Source: Candidatus Latescibacterota bacterium
GTDB lineage: Bacteria; Latescibacterota; UBA2968; UBA8231
Direction of reading: 5' to 3'
Assembly (NCBI GenBank): GCA_965243025.1
Contig: CBDETY010000003.1
Coordinates: 2,240,001 to 2,304,000, forward strand
DNA length: 64,000 nucleotides
Position numbers and translations under genes: made by a program
Shown here: piece after piece, positions 9,698-20,148 of the stretch
Position numbering within the stretch: position 1 is the first letter of the stretch
Layout of the letters: each line of letters opens with the position of its first letter
The notes under the pieces: model-generated
What the model saw: the letters and a program-made list of their open reading frames with translations, nothing else
What the model was told of the DNA's origin: nothing
Databases searched by the model: none

Positions 9698-11260
9698 TCA
9701 GTCGAACTCGTCGAAGAAGGTGGCGTCCGCCCCGAAGCTGTCCATGGCCGCGACCTCGTCCCCGCGCCGGCGCACCCTGATGTCGCGGGTGCGGTGCTTC
9801 ATCTCGATCTCCTCCTCCTTCAGCGGGAAATCGATGGGGATCTCGCGGTTGACCGGGGGCTCGGCGATCAGCAGGTAGCCGTTCGACCACCCCGGCTCCC
9901 CGGCGATCCCCTCGACCCGCACCTCCTCCCGGTTCACCCAGGTGGGGATGCGGACGAACAGCGGGGCCGGCTTCTTCGCGCGCACCGAGAGGCGGCCGTG
10001 GGTGTAAGGGGACTTCACCCGGACATGGCCGTTCTCGTGGTCGAACAGCAGGTTGACCCGGTGGCCGGACTCATCGAAGCGCACCGCCTCCCGCAGGGCC
10101 TCGCACAGCGATCCTGTCGAGCCGCCGACCACGTCGGTGTTGAAGCGCAGGAACCGGTTGCCGATCGGCTCGTGGCCGTACGGGGCCGGGAAGCCCCAGG
10201 AGCCGCGGATGCGGTTGCGCACGTCGCGCAGGTGGTCGGACCCGTCCGGGTTCTCGGGGTCGCGGATCCAGGAGACGTCCCGCAGCTGCGACGGCAGCAG
10301 GTGGCAGCGGAGTATCCGCTCGGCGTCCTGGTAGTACTCGCTGAACCCCCAGCGCCCGAGGATCAGGGCGGTCTCGAGGATGTCCCCGGTGTTGTTCATC
10401 TCCCCCTCGTCGGCGCGTGACTCGTCGAAGCGCGCCGACTCGATCGACCAGCCGGTCTCGTCCCGCAGCTCCCACAGCCCGTTGTCGAAGAACGCCTTCA
10501 CCCGCCCGAGCAGGGAGCGGTCCCGGGTCAGGTCGGCGAGCTGGGCCAGCGACGACATCACGCAGGTCGTCGAGTGCACGTGGGGGCCGAAGCGCTCCTT
10601 GTCGTAGGAGCCGTCCTCGAGGTAGACCTCGGAGACCAGCTTTTCCTTCAGGGCGCCCGCCAGCTCCAGGGCCCGGCCTGACCCGGTGACGCGGAAGTAC
10701 TTGACCAGCGGACCGATGCAGCGGCCGACCCCCTCGACGACAGTGCGGTCGTCGTCGACCTGCACCCCGTGCTCCCGCTCCATGCGCCCGGCATCCCAGC
10801 GCCCCCGGGGAACGAAGTACTCGAGAACCGCGGCGATGCTCGCCTCGGCCAGTTCCCGGGCCCGCCCCGAGCTGCGGTACTTCACCAGCGGGTACAGGGC
10901 GTGAAACCCCTCGCGCACGTTGTGGTCGTTGAACTTCACCGGCTCCCCCCGGTAGTCGACCCGCTGCTTCGGCAGGGCGAGGCTGCCGCCGAAGGAGAAG
11001 AAGGCGGCGCGCGCGTGCTTGTCGATTGCCTCCTCGTCGACCTCGACGCCGGCCGCGTCCTCGGCGTTCAGCAGGCCGTTGAGGTGCCGCCCCGGGATGT
11101 GGTCCTCGATGCTCATGCCGAGGTAGCAGTCCGGCCGCACCGCCACCCGGAAGAAGGGGATGTCCCCGTCGTCGGCGTTGAAGACGTTCTGCATGGTGTG
11201 GCAGCCGAGGCGGATCGCCGCGGCGAGGTCGGTGGTGTTGACGTCGTTCAGTCTGGCCAT
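9698..11260 (-). CDS. Hypothetical (alpha/alpha)-barrel protein with GH127-like C-terminal region
   Basis: Start MARLNDVNTT; C-terminal SPYTHGRLSV..LFVRIPTW..NGYL..IDFP pattern resembles GH127 beta-sandwich. Confidence 0.55.
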   Translation of the reverse strand: MARLNDVNTTDLAAAIRLGCHTMQNVFNADDGDIPFFRVAVRPDCYLGMSIEDHIPGRHLNGLLNAEDAAGVEVDEEAIDKHARAAFFSFGGSLALPKQRVDYRGEPVKFNDHNVREGFHALYPLVKYRSSGRARELAEASIAAVLEYFVPRGRWDAGRMEREHGVQVDDDRTVVEGVGRCIGPLVKYFRVTGSGRALELAGALKEKLVSEVYLEDGSYDKERFGPHVHSTTCVMSSLAQLADLTRDRSLLGRVKAFFDNGLWELRDETGWSIESARFDESRADEGEMNNTGDILETALILGRWGFSEYYQDAERILRCHLLPSQLRDVSWIRDPENPDGSDHLRDVRNRIRGSWGFPAPYGHEPIGNRFLRFNTDVVGGSTGSLCEALREAVRFDESGHRVNLLFDHENGHVRVKSPYTHGRLSVRAKKPAPLFVRIPTWVNREEVRVEGIAGEPGWSNGYLLIAEPPVNREIPIDFPLKEEEIEMKHRTRDIRVRRRGDEVAAMDSFGADATFFDEFD

Positions 11261-11285
11261 CGGGTGGTTTTCCCTGCTTGAGGAG

Positions 11286-13346
11286 TTAAAGCGAAGTATC
11301 CCCGGGCGGGCGGTAGATCTCGAACGGCCCGGCCTGGCTGCCGAACCTCTCCGGCTTCCAGTACCAGACCTGCCCGAAGTCCGCCCCGGCCAGCAGCTCC
11401 CGGCGCCCGTCCCCTTCCCAGTCGACCGCAGCCGGGTGGGCGCCGTGGCGGAAGAACTCCTGCGGCTTCCCGTCCGCGTCGAACAGCAGCACTTGCGGCC
11501 GCGCGAAGAGGGGGTCCCGATTCGAGCCGACGTTGCGGCAGAGGAGGACGAAGCTGCCGCGGAACGGGCTGCCCGGCTGCGGACCGACCCCAAGAAGCAG
11601 GTCGAGGCGTCCGTTCCCGTCCCAGTCGACAACCTGGATCTTGGTGCGCCCCCGGCCGTCGCCCCCCTGCGGGGTGTACGGGCCGTGGGTCTTGATGGTG
11701 TCCCCGTCCTCGAAGCGGAGCTTCTCACCCGGCAGCAGGCAGCAGAGGTCGTCGCTGCCGGCGCGCCGGTAGAGCGCGAGGTCGAGGTCGAGATCCATGG
11801 TGACGACGTCCGGCAGGCGGTTGCCGCTGAAGACGCCAAGTCCGGGCTGCACGCGCCAGGGGGCGAACAGCGGCTCGTCGCCTACCCGCAGGCGATGCGG
11901 CGGGTCGAGCTTCGGCTCGCGCGCCGTGCCCCGGTTCGGGTACCAGTCGTAGAGCCCGAGCATGCTGCCGACGACGAGGTCGAGCAGGCCGTTGCCGTCG
12001 AAGTCGACGAGCACGGGGTTGCTGTACCCGCCGATGCTTCCGTCGAGCGGCCCCTGCGAGCCGCCCCAGTGATGGCCTGCCGCGGGGTTGGGCCTGGCGG
12101 TGTAGCGGATCTCGTCCCCGGCGGCCCGCACACGTTCCGGGGGCGCGAAGCGCAGCGGATCGGTCGAAAGCGTCCTGTACCAGAAGACGTACCCCTCGAC
12201 GCTGCCGACGAGGAGATCGGCGCGGCCGCTGGCGCGCCAGTCGCCGGTGGTCGGGACGCTGAAGCAGCCGCCGTTCACGTGGGGGTTCCGCTGCCGGAGC
12301 TTCAGGGGCTCGCCGTAAACCGGACGCCCCGCGGCGTCGCGGCCGTGGAAGCGGCACCAGTGGGCGTTGTTGGCGATGTCCCCGGCGAACAGGTCGGCGC
12401 GCTCTCCTTCGAGGGCGGCGGTGGTGATCGAAGTGAAGTTGGCGCGCCGCGAGAACGGAGCCCCGTGCAGAGTGAGCAGCTCGGCAGGCTCTCCCCACTC
12501 CGGGCCCCCCCCGGGCTGCAACGGCAGGTGCCAGACCGGCCCGTAGTAGTCGAGGATCAGCAGTCCGGCTCCCGGGTCGCCGCCGTCTACCGGGCACAGT
12601 GGCCCCCCCGGCACCTCGACGTCGAGCTTCCCGCAGTACTCGAACTCGAAGCGCTCCGCGGAGCAGGCGTTGCGCAGCAGGTGCAGGGACCAGGGGCCGA
12701 CGATCCCCTTCCAGGTGCCGTCGTGGCGGTAGCGGTCGCGCTGGTCCCCGGCCACCGTGTCGACCCCGGGAGGCAGCCAGTAGCCGCCGTTCTCGTGGAC
12801 CGCCGCGACGAGGTCGAGGCGGCCGTCTCCGTTCCAGTCGCAGGGAGCCAGGGCGGCCGCACCCCAGTCGATGCCGTCGCCCTCCCCGTCCGGGCTTCCG
12901 CTGAACACGACCGGTTTTCCCCGGGAGCGGTGCGAAGGAGGTCCGCCGGCCAGGGAGAGCATCACCGTGGGAAGGCCTGAGTAGGGGCGCGGCCCCAGCA
13001 GGATCTCGGGAAACCCGTCCCCGTCGAAGTCGCCGGCGGCCTGTATGCCCCCGCAGAGCCCCCGGTCGTTCTCGTCCCGCTGGTGGGAGCGCGACATCTC
13101 CCCCCAGCGCTCGCCCCGGTCGAGCACCGGGGTGCCGTCGGCGAACGGCTCCTCGAAACCGTACGAGAAGACCGCTCCCCCGGAGTCGACGAGCTCGAGC
13201 CGGCCGTCGCCGTTCCAGTCGACCAGGTGGGGGTTGCCGTTGACGAGGAAGGCGTCCCCGAAGACGCCGGGATCGCCGAGCCGCAGGGGCGAGCCGTCGC
13301 CGCTGTTCCCCCCTTCGACCGGCCGCGGAAAGCTCAATGCGTCCAC
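11286..13346 (-). CDS. FG-GAP/VCBS repeat beta-propeller protein
   Basis: Repeated DWNGDGRLDL and DFDGNGLLDL motifs. Confidence 0.85.
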   Translation of the reverse strand: MDALSFPRPVEGGNSGDGSPLRLGDPGVFGDAFLVNGNPHLVDWNGDGRLELVDSGGAVFSYGFEEPFADGTPVLDRGERWGEMSRSHQRDENDRGLCGGIQAAGDFDGDGFPEILLGPRPYSGLPTVMLSLAGGPPSHRSRGKPVVFSGSPDGEGDGIDWGAAALAPCDWNGDGRLDLVAAVHENGGYWLPPGVDTVAGDQRDRYRHDGTWKGIVGPWSLHLLRNACSAERFEFEYCGKLDVEVPGGPLCPVDGGDPGAGLLILDYYGPVWHLPLQPGGGPEWGEPAELLTLHGAPFSRRANFTSITTAALEGERADLFAGDIANNAHWCRFHGRDAAGRPVYGEPLKLRQRNPHVNGGCFSVPTTGDWRASGRADLLVGSVEGYVFWYRTLSTDPLRFAPPERVRAAGDEIRYTARPNPAAGHHWGGSQGPLDGSIGGYSNPVLVDFDGNGLLDLVVGSMLGLYDWYPNRGTAREPKLDPPHRLRVGDEPLFAPWRVQPGLGVFSGNRLPDVVTMDLDLDLALYRRAGSDDLCCLLPGEKLRFEDGDTIKTHGPYTPQGGDGRGRTKIQVVDWDGNGRLDLLLGVGPQPGSPFRGSFVLLCRNVGSNRDPLFARPQVLLFDADGKPQEFFRHGAHPAAVDWEGDGRRELLAGADFGQVWYWKPERFGSQAGPFEIYRPPGDTSL

Positions 13347-14326
13347 CCGGAGCGGATGCGCTCGATGAAGCGCCTGCCGTTGCCGGAGAAGTGGTCCTCG
13401 ATCTCGCCGGAAGTGAGCCCGAGCATGTCGGCGACCTGCTTCTCCTGGCGCAGCTGCTCGTAGATGACCAGGGTCGCCCGCGGGTCGCAGTGCGGCAGGT
13501 CGGGCATGCCGTAGAACTGCGACCAGGCCCGGCCCCAGGTGATGTACTTACCGCGCTCGCAGCCGGCGACGATGTTGTCGGACCCGAACATCACCCGCGA
13601 GCGGTCCTCGTGCTTCATCAGCAGGAAGTGGCTGTACAGGTCGTTCACCGCGGAGGTGTCGTACCAGATGTTGGGCAGCCCGGTGAGGAAGTGAACGGCC
13701 TCCTCCATCATGAAGGCGTTGAAGGCGCGGGCGCAGTGGGCGAGGATCCACTGGGCTCCCGGGTAGTCGCGGGTGTAGCGCTCGAGGTCCTCCCGGTTGG
13801 CGGGGTCCGCGGGCCCGGTCGGCATCGACAGGTGCATGGTGATCGCCAGCTTCATGTGGTGGGCGAGCTCGATCAGGTGCTCGGGCAGAAAGTCGCGGAT
13901 GCGGGCGCTGGCCGGGTCGGGGGCGAAGGTGCGGTAGGGCTTGAGGCCGAGGAAACGGTGCTTCTTCACTTGCGCCTCCACGTACTCGGCGCTCATCTCA
14001 GGGGTCACCAGCATGTTGACCGCGGAGGCCGGGTCGGCGCCGATCTCGGACGCCATCCAGTCGTTGTGCCCCTCGGCGTCGCAGCCGACCACGGGGGTGC
14101 CGAGCACCAGGTAGTGGATCTCCCGCCCCGGGTAGAGCTTCTCCGCCCAGTCGAGGTGGCCGCGGTAGTCGTGCTCGGCGCGCAGGCCGGCCGGCTCCTC
14201 CTGCAGGGAGCCGCGGTGTTCCTCGGACCAGATGTGGACGTGCATGTCGTGGATAACCGGGGGCACGAACCCCTCCAGCTCCCGGTCCCAGATGTCGCGG
14301 TCGAAATCGGTGTAGGAGAATCTCAA
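13334..14326 (-). CDS. Amidohydrolase family (amidohydro_2) protein
   Basis: DMHVH, LAHC, DTSA and FGSD motifs; probable TTG start overlapping the upstream stop. Confidence 0.8.
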   Translation of the reverse strand: MRFSYTDFDRDIWDRELEGFVPPVIHDMHVHIWSEEHRGSLQEEPAGLRAEHDYRGHLDWAEKLYPGREIHYLVLGTPVVGCDAEGHNDWMASEIGADPASAVNMLVTPEMSAEYVEAQVKKHRFLGLKPYRTFAPDPASARIRDFLPEHLIELAHHMKLAITMHLSMPTGPADPANREDLERYTRDYPGAQWILAHCARAFNAFMMEEAVHFLTGLPNIWYDTSAVNDLYSHFLLMKHEDRSRVMFGSDNIVAGCERGKYITWGRAWSQFYGMPDLPHCDPRATLVIYEQLRQEKQVADMLGLTSGEIEDHFSGNGRRFIERIRSGWTH

Positions 14327-15426
14327 GTCTCTTCCCTTTCCTGCAGGCGGCAGCAGCGCACGTACGTGACCTGCTCCTCGGTCACGTAGAACGCAACGAC
14401 GATGGTGCCGTCGGACAGCTGCGTCACCGACGGCGTTCCGAACGTGAAATGGTGGTAGGCATGCAGGACGTCGGCGACGGTGTCCCGCCTCATCGCCAGC
14501 ACCGGGGCGCTGCGGACGCGGGCCGGCTCGATCCCCCACAGCTCGAGGTGGTTCCCGTCGAAGCTGGCGCCCCCGTCCCCCGAAAGCAGGGCGCGCACCC
14601 CCAGGGGCTCGCGGCGGTGGTTGGTAACGGCGATGACGCGGCCGCTCTGCAGGCCGATGACGTCGGTCACCTGCCCCCAGAACCCGGCGTCGGCCGGTTC
14701 GCTCCAGGTCTCGCCGCCATCCTCCGAGCGGGAGGTGTGGACGTTGACCCCGACCTCCCGCTTGAGGTCATGGGTCCAGTAGGCGGCCAGCAGCCGGTCG
14801 CCGGAAAGCCGCGCCAGGCGCAGGTCGAAGAAGTAGAGGCCGTCCTTTCCCGGCCCCTGGATGCGGCGCCACGGTTCCCACGAACGGCCGCCGTCCCGGG
14901 AGCGGGTGACGGTCGCGGCCCAGTCGGGAAGCCGGTCCCCGCGGCGGTCCTCCCCCCACTCGCCGGCGGCGATCATGCTGCCGTCCGACAGGGTCGCCAG
15001 GTTGCCGCCGGGTCCCATGCGCTCGAAGGGACGACTGTCCACGGCCTGGAGCGGCGACCAGGTATCCCCCCCGTCCCGGGAGCGGGCCATCAGTTGTCCG
15101 TCCCCCTTTCCGGACGGGTAGCGGACGCAGGCGACCACGTCCCCGTCGGCGGCGATCCCGAACCCCCCGGGCAGCCGCACCCCCTCGCCGGCATCCTGGG
15201 GCTCGGGAAGCTGTCCGGCGCGGTCCCAGGTCTCCCCGCCGTCCCGCGAGCGGTGGATGACCACCTCGCCGTCGTCGCTCTCGCGCGCGCTCCCGTGCCG
15301 GCACATGCACAGCAGGGTGTCGTCGGCAAGCGTCTGGATCGACGGGAAGGCGACGTACCCGCTGGCGAGGTTGGGATGGGGGTTGCGGTAGATCGTGTGG
15401 TGCCCGAGGACTTCGAGGCGCGCCAT
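14323..15426 (-). CDS. BNR/Asp-box sialidase-like protein
   Basis: Multiple SRDGGETW Asp-boxes; VAFPS N-terminal motif. Confidence 0.8.
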   Translation of the reverse strand: MARLEVLGHHTIYRNPHPNLASGYVAFPSIQTLADDTLLCMCRHGSARESDDGEVVIHRSRDGGETWDRAGQLPEPQDAGEGVRLPGGFGIAADGDVVACVRYPSGKGDGQLMARSRDGGDTWSPLQAVDSRPFERMGPGGNLATLSDGSMIAAGEWGEDRRGDRLPDWAATVTRSRDGGRSWEPWRRIQGPGKDGLYFFDLRLARLSGDRLLAAYWTHDLKREVGVNVHTSRSEDGGETWSEPADAGFWGQVTDVIGLQSGRVIAVTNHRREPLGVRALLSGDGGASFDGNHLELWGIEPARVRSAPVLAMRRDTVADVLHAYHHFTFGTPSVTQLSDGTIVVAFYVTEEQVTYVRCCRLQEREET

Positions 15427-15428
15427 GC

Positions 15429-17003
15429 TCACATCCCGCTGCGTTCGTAGTGGCCGAGGTCGGGGTCGAGGTAGTCGCGGTGGAAGCTCTTGCCCATGAG
15501 GTACTTGATCTCGAGCTCGAGGTCGCGGAGCAGCACCTCCCCGAGCAGGTGCTCGTCCCTGCGGGTCAGGGTCGCTGAGAGCAGGTTCTCCCCCCGGGCC
15601 GGCCACTGCTCCGGCTCCAGGCGGAACACGAACCAGTAGGTCGGGCCGCCGCGGTGCCGCGGCGCGTTCATGCGGTAGGCCTGGTTGATCCTGCGGCAGA
15701 TCCTTCCCGGAAGCTCGACGCCGTTGAGGTCGAAGCGGATGCGGTCGATCTCGGTGACGTTGGAGATGCCGACGCGCAGCAGCACCTCGTGGACGCGGCC
15801 GCGCTCGTGCCAGCGCGGCAGGTCGTCGCTGATGACGAAGCGCGCCCCGGCCGGCTCGTTCAGCTGCATGACCGCCGGCAGGTCCGTGGTCACCAGCCGG
15901 TGCCAGGGCCGGTCGATCTCGGTCGGCACGTAGTAGTACTTGTCCTTTGCCGCCATGATGTCGGGGTGCGGCAGCTCGCGCAGCTTCTCGTAGAACTGCC
16001 CCTCGTAGGGCCACTGCTGGAACCACTGCGCCATGTAGATCCCGTCGACCCCCTGGTCCCAGTAGTTGCAGGCCGCCGCCCTCATCATCGCGATCGGGCC
16101 GTCCCCGATGCGGTCGTTGCCGACGCGGGCGTGCAGCACCGCGAGCACCCGCGTCTTCGTGCCGGCGGCCGCCTTCAGATACGGCGTGAAATCGAGGTTC
16201 GGGTCGAGGCGGTGGGCCCCGCCGAGCGGCTCCGGGGCGATGACGTCGACGATGCCGAGGCGGATCCACTCCTCCGGGTCGAAGCCGATGCCGGAGCAGT
16301 CCTCGAGGCCGAGCGGGATCCGGACCACCAGCTCGCGGCCGCCGCCGCTGCGCTTCACCTCCTCGTGGATGCGGCCGATCCAGTCGGTCATGGTCGTCCG
16401 CCCGGCCTCGACCTCGTCGGGGTGGAAGAAGAGGGCGTCCTGGTAGTTCAGGCAGAGCTCGAAGCCGTCGACGGGGTACTCGTTGACCGCCTCCTCGACG
16501 ATGGCGAAGCGCTCCTCCCGCACCTCCCGGTGATTGAAGTCGAGGCCGGTGATACCGGGCATTTCCGGGTCGAGGTCCCCCCTGCCGCCGATCTGGAGGT
16601 GGGGGTTGTCGAAGCGGAAGTTCGAGCAGCGGACCGGGCAGGACTCGGGGCCGGGGGTCTGCACCAGCAGGGTCGGGTAGACCAGGATTCCCTTCTCGCG
16701 GCCGCGGTCGCAGACCAGCCGCAGCGGGTCGAAGCCGGCGTCGATCAGGCTCCTGGCGTTCTGGTGGGCGCGCTTGAAGACGAGGTGGTCCCACTTGTCG
16801 ACGTTGTGCCCCCACAGCTCCCCGGCCCGGGTGTCGTGGAGCAGGGTGCGCCCCTCGGCCAGGCCGAACATCACCGCCTCGACCGAGGTCGTGGCCAGCT
16901 CGTCGATGCAGGCCTGGTACTCCTCGGGGTACATCGGCGGCTCGTACCGGTAGATGTGCGGGTGCCGGCCGTCGTGGTAGTAGACGATTTTCGGTTCGGC
17001 CAT
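15429..17003 (-). CDS. Uncharacterised glycoside-hydrolase-like TIM-barrel protein (GHL10-like)
   Basis: YYHDGRH, LDFNHREVRE, VDGFEL and QGVDGIY motifs. Confidence 0.6.
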   Translation of the reverse strand: MAEPKIVYYHDGRHPHIYRYEPPMYPEEYQACIDELATTSVEAVMFGLAEGRTLLHDTRAGELWGHNVDKWDHLVFKRAHQNARSLIDAGFDPLRLVCDRGREKGILVYPTLLVQTPGPESCPVRCSNFRFDNPHLQIGGRGDLDPEMPGITGLDFNHREVREERFAIVEEAVNEYPVDGFELCLNYQDALFFHPDEVEAGRTTMTDWIGRIHEEVKRSGGGRELVVRIPLGLEDCSGIGFDPEEWIRLGIVDVIAPEPLGGAHRLDPNLDFTPYLKAAAGTKTRVLAVLHARVGNDRIGDGPIAMMRAAACNYWDQGVDGIYMAQWFQQWPYEGQFYEKLRELPHPDIMAAKDKYYYVPTEIDRPWHRLVTTDLPAVMQLNEPAGARFVISDDLPRWHERGRVHEVLLRVGISNVTEIDRIRFDLNGVELPGRICRRINQAYRMNAPRHRGGPTYWFVFRLEPEQWPARGENLLSATLTRRDEHLLGEVLLRDLELEIKYLMGKSFHRDYLDPDLGHYERSGM

Positions 17004-17014
17004 GGAATCTCCCC

Positions 17015-18124
17015 TTACCTGTGCCAGTCGTATTCGAGCCCGAGGGTGCGGTCCGCAAGGGGCAGATCGACCCGCTCCCCGCCGCGGGCGGACGAGAGCT
17101 TGAGCCCCACCTCGACCTCGATGGCCCGGGCGACGCGGCGCCCCGAGTTCTTCGGCTCCTCCATCCTGCCCTCGATGCAGTCGATGACGTCGGCGAGGCC
17201 GAAGATCGTGCCCAGGCCCGCGACGTCCTGCTGCGGCTCCGGCCACGGCATCTCGACCGGGCGCGGGCTTCCGTCGACCTGCCGCTTCTGGAACAGCCGC
17301 CACCGCCCGTAGGGATCCTTGTGGAGGATCTCCCCCTCGCTTCCGGTGAGGCGGACGAAGGGGGCCCCCTTGCGGAACTGCACCACCAGGCCGCTGCCGG
17401 TCGCCATCACCCCCTGGCCGCGGAACTCGCCGCTGCCGGACTCGCGCGGCGGCTCGTCGCCGGTCCCCACCACCCACTCCGGGGTGGAGTCGACGAACAG
17501 GGACCAGTTCTGGTGCTGCGACAGGTTGCGGTCCGATGCCGTGTCGATGGACAGCAGGTCCCCGATGGCGCCGTCGAGCAGCAGCTGCCGGGCCCTGCCG
17601 AAGGCCGGGTGGTTGGTCGAGATCGCCCCGCAGCAGAGCGGCACCCCGGCCCCGGCGCAGGCGGAGACCATGGCGTCGCACTGCTCGAGCCGCTCGGCCA
17701 TCGGTTTCTCGGTGACGATCCCCCGGGCCCCGTGCTCGACCGCTGCCAGGGTCAGCTCCGGCCGCATCTTGGTGTTCGTCGAGATGGCGACGATTTCCGG
17801 CTTTTCGCGGCGCAGCATCTCGACCGCGTCGGTGTAGAGGGCCTCGACGCCGTAGCGCTCGCCGAACGCGGCCAGCCGCCGGGGATCCCGCTCGGCGGCC
17901 GCCACCAGGTCGATTTCCGGACGGTCGGCCAGGGCCTCGGAGTAGGTCGAGGCCCTCCCCTTGCGGCCGGTGTACATGGTGTGGAAGTGGAAGCGGCGGT
18001 GGACGTCGAGGTCCGGGGTCGGACGCTCGATGTCGTCGACGTGCCAGACCCCCATGCGGTCGGCGAGGTCGTAGAGCAGGCCCATCCAGCCGAGGCCGAT
18101 TACGGCGCCGCGGTACCTGGCCAT
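17015..18124 (-). CDS. Gfo/Idh/MocA oxidoreductase
   Basis: AVIGLGWMG and TEKPMA motifs. Confidence 0.85.
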   Translation of the reverse strand: MARYRGAVIGLGWMGLLYDLADRMGVWHVDDIERPTPDLDVHRRFHFHTMYTGRKGRASTYSEALADRPEIDLVAAAERDPRRLAAFGERYGVEALYTDAVEMLRREKPEIVAISTNTKMRPELTLAAVEHGARGIVTEKPMAERLEQCDAMVSACAGAGVPLCCGAISTNHPAFGRARQLLLDGAIGDLLSIDTASDRNLSQHQNWSLFVDSTPEWVVGTGDEPPRESGSGEFRGQGVMATGSGLVVQFRKGAPFVRLTGSEGEILHKDPYGRWRLFQKRQVDGSPRPVEMPWPEPQQDVAGLGTIFGLADVIDCIEGRMEEPKNSGRRVARAIEVEVGLKLSSARGGERVDLPLADRTLGLEYDWHR

Positions 18125-18711
18125 CAGGAAGGCCTGCGCACGAAGCTCTCGGCCAGGGCGAAGACGCAGGAGCTGCGGTCCCCCCCTATGGTCGAGCGCC
18201 AGATGTCGCGGATGTACGGAGCGCCGGCGACCGGCTCGCCGTCGACTTCGAGGGCGGCGCGGCCGCAGAAGTGCAGCAGCGAGAACACGAAGTCGCCCGA
18301 GGGGCTGTCGGGCCAGGGGCCGTTGCAGACGACGGGCGCCTCGACCTCCCCCCAGGCCGCCGCGATCACATGGTCGCCGGTGTCGATGCGCCAGGCCGGG
18401 TCGGTGCGCAGGGCCCCCGATTCGCTGAAGGCCGCCTCGACCACGGGAATCTCTTCGTCCGGCCAGGAGCGGGTCATGGTCGCGCGCGCGTACTCCAGCA
18501 CCTCGCGGTTGTCGGTGCAGAGCCCGGTGAACCGCCCCGGGACGTCGACGAGGGCGGCGACCCCGGCCCCGGCCGGGCACCAGCGGAAGCTGAACAGGCT
18601 GACGCGGCCGCTGTCCGTTTCCCGGCCGGGTTCTCTCAGGTAGTTGATCCAGTGCTCCCCGGTCCAGGTCAGCTCCCCCTCGACCCGGGGCCTGTCGCCG
18701 TCGGCGCTCAT
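18124..18711 (-). CDS. Hypothetical protein
   Basis: MSADGDRPRVEGELTWTGEHW; fills the operon gap and its stop overlaps the next start. Confidence 0.7.
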   Translation of the reverse strand: MSADGDRPRVEGELTWTGEHWINYLREPGRETDSGRVSLFSFRWCPAGAGVAALVDVPGRFTGLCTDNREVLEYARATMTRSWPDEEIPVVEAAFSESGALRTDPAWRIDTGDHVIAAAWGEVEAPVVCNGPWPDSPSGDFVFSLLHFCGRAALEVDGEPVAGAPYIRDIWRSTIGGDRSSCVFALAESFVRRPS

Positions 18712-18754
18712 ATTCGATGCCTCGCGCGGTTCGGGTGCGATACCGCCGCGGCCG

Positions 18755-20122
18755 CTAGCGGACCAGGCGGCGGAAGGAGTCTTCCTGGAGGCCGGCCTCC
18801 AGGAGGGTGTCGATATCGCCGCCGCGCAGGCCCCCGGCGATGACCTCGAAGGTCTCGCGCACCCCGGCCGCCGTCGCGGCCACCGCCTCCTCGTCGTGGG
18901 CCATGTTGAAGAAGAACCCCGTCGCCAGGATGAGCCCGCGGCGGGCGTTCTCCTGGACGAACAGGGTCGACACCTTCTTCGCCAGCTCCGCGTCATCGAT
19001 GTTGAAGCGGATGCCGGGATGGGCGGCGACCCCGGCGCACTCCGCGTCGATGCCGGCGTCCCTTGCCGCCTCGTTGATCCGCCCCATCAGGTCGGCGCCG
19101 ATCTTCTCGAAATACGCCGGGGCGTCGAGGCGCCGCAGCTCCTTCAGGGTGGCGATCGAGGCGCTGATGCCGACGTTGTCGTCCCAGTAGGCGCTGGAGA
19201 TGAACATGCCGGCGGCCGCCTGCATCACCTCGCGCCTGCCGACGACCGCCCCCATCGGGTAGCCGTTGGAGATCGCCTTGGCGAAGGCGGTCAGGTCCGG
19301 GGTCACCCCGGTGAACTCCTGGACGCCGCCGAGGGAGATACGCCAGCCGCAGGAGACCTCGTCGAAGACGAGGACGACGCCGTAGCGGTTGGCGAGGTCG
19401 CGCACCCCTTCGAGGTACCCTTCCGGCGGCAGCTCCGAGCGCATCGGCTCCATGATGATGCAGGCCACCTCGTCCTCGTTCTGCTTCAGCAGGTCCTCGA
19501 GCATGTCGAGGTCGCCGTACTCGAAGGGGATCGCGGTCCCCTCGAGGGCGGCGGGGACGCCGACCGGATCGATCCCGGAGAACAGGTGGCCCTGCAGCTT
19601 CTCCCTCCCGAGGTTGGCCGCCAGGTACCAGTCGTGCCAGCCGTGATAGCCGCTGAACAGCACCTTGTCGCGGCCGGTGGCGCCGCGCGCTATGCGCACC
19701 GCAACGGCGCAGGCCTCCCCGCCCCCCTTGCAGTAGCGGACCATCTCCGCGGACGGGACGATGTCGACGAGCAGCTCGGCGAGCTCCACCGAGTTCTCGT
19801 GGATGATGCTGTAGATCGATCCCTTGTCGATCGCCTCGACGACCGCGGCGTCGACGGTCGGGTTGGCGTACCCGAGGATGATCGGGCCGACGGCGCTGCC
19901 CCAGTCGATGTACTCGTTGCCGTCGACGTCCCGGATGCGGCAGCCCTTCGCCTTCTCGGCGTAGATCGGGCTGACCCCGAAGGCGGCGCGCGAGGGCCGG
20001 CGGCTGATCAGCTGCGAGATCCCGGGAATCAGCTCGGCGGCGCGCGCGTGGATCTCGAGCGAGCGGGAAATGCGCGAGGTGGTTTCCGTCGCCGGTGCGG
20101 GTGCAGGTGCGGTTGCGGTCAT
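18755..20122 (-). CDS. Class III PLP aminotransferase (glutamate-1-semialdehyde aminomutase-like)
   Basis: DVDGNEYID, GYHGWHD, FDEV and AFAKAISNGYP motifs. Confidence 0.9.
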   Translation of the reverse strand: MTATAPAPAPATETTSRISRSLEIHARAAELIPGISQLISRRPSRAAFGVSPIYAEKAKGCRIRDVDGNEYIDWGSAVGPIILGYANPTVDAAVVEAIDKGSIYSIIHENSVELAELLVDIVPSAEMVRYCKGGGEACAVAVRIARGATGRDKVLFSGYHGWHDWYLAANLGREKLQGHLFSGIDPVGVPAALEGTAIPFEYGDLDMLEDLLKQNEDEVACIIMEPMRSELPPEGYLEGVRDLANRYGVVLVFDEVSCGWRISLGGVQEFTGVTPDLTAFAKAISNGYPMGAVVGRREVMQAAAGMFISSAYWDDNVGISASIATLKELRRLDAPAYFEKIGADLMGRINEAARDAGIDAECAGVAAHPGIRFNIDDAELAKKVSTLFVQENARRGLILATGFFFNMAHDEEAVAATAAGVRETFEVIAGGLRGGDIDTLLEAGLQEDSFRRLVR

Positions 20123-20148
20123 GAAAGTCTCCGTTGGTTGCGCCGCGG

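Noticed and set aside
18755-20122. Assigning the hemL symbol
   Set aside because: Catabolic context and YHGWHD subtype suggest a paralogous aminotransferase
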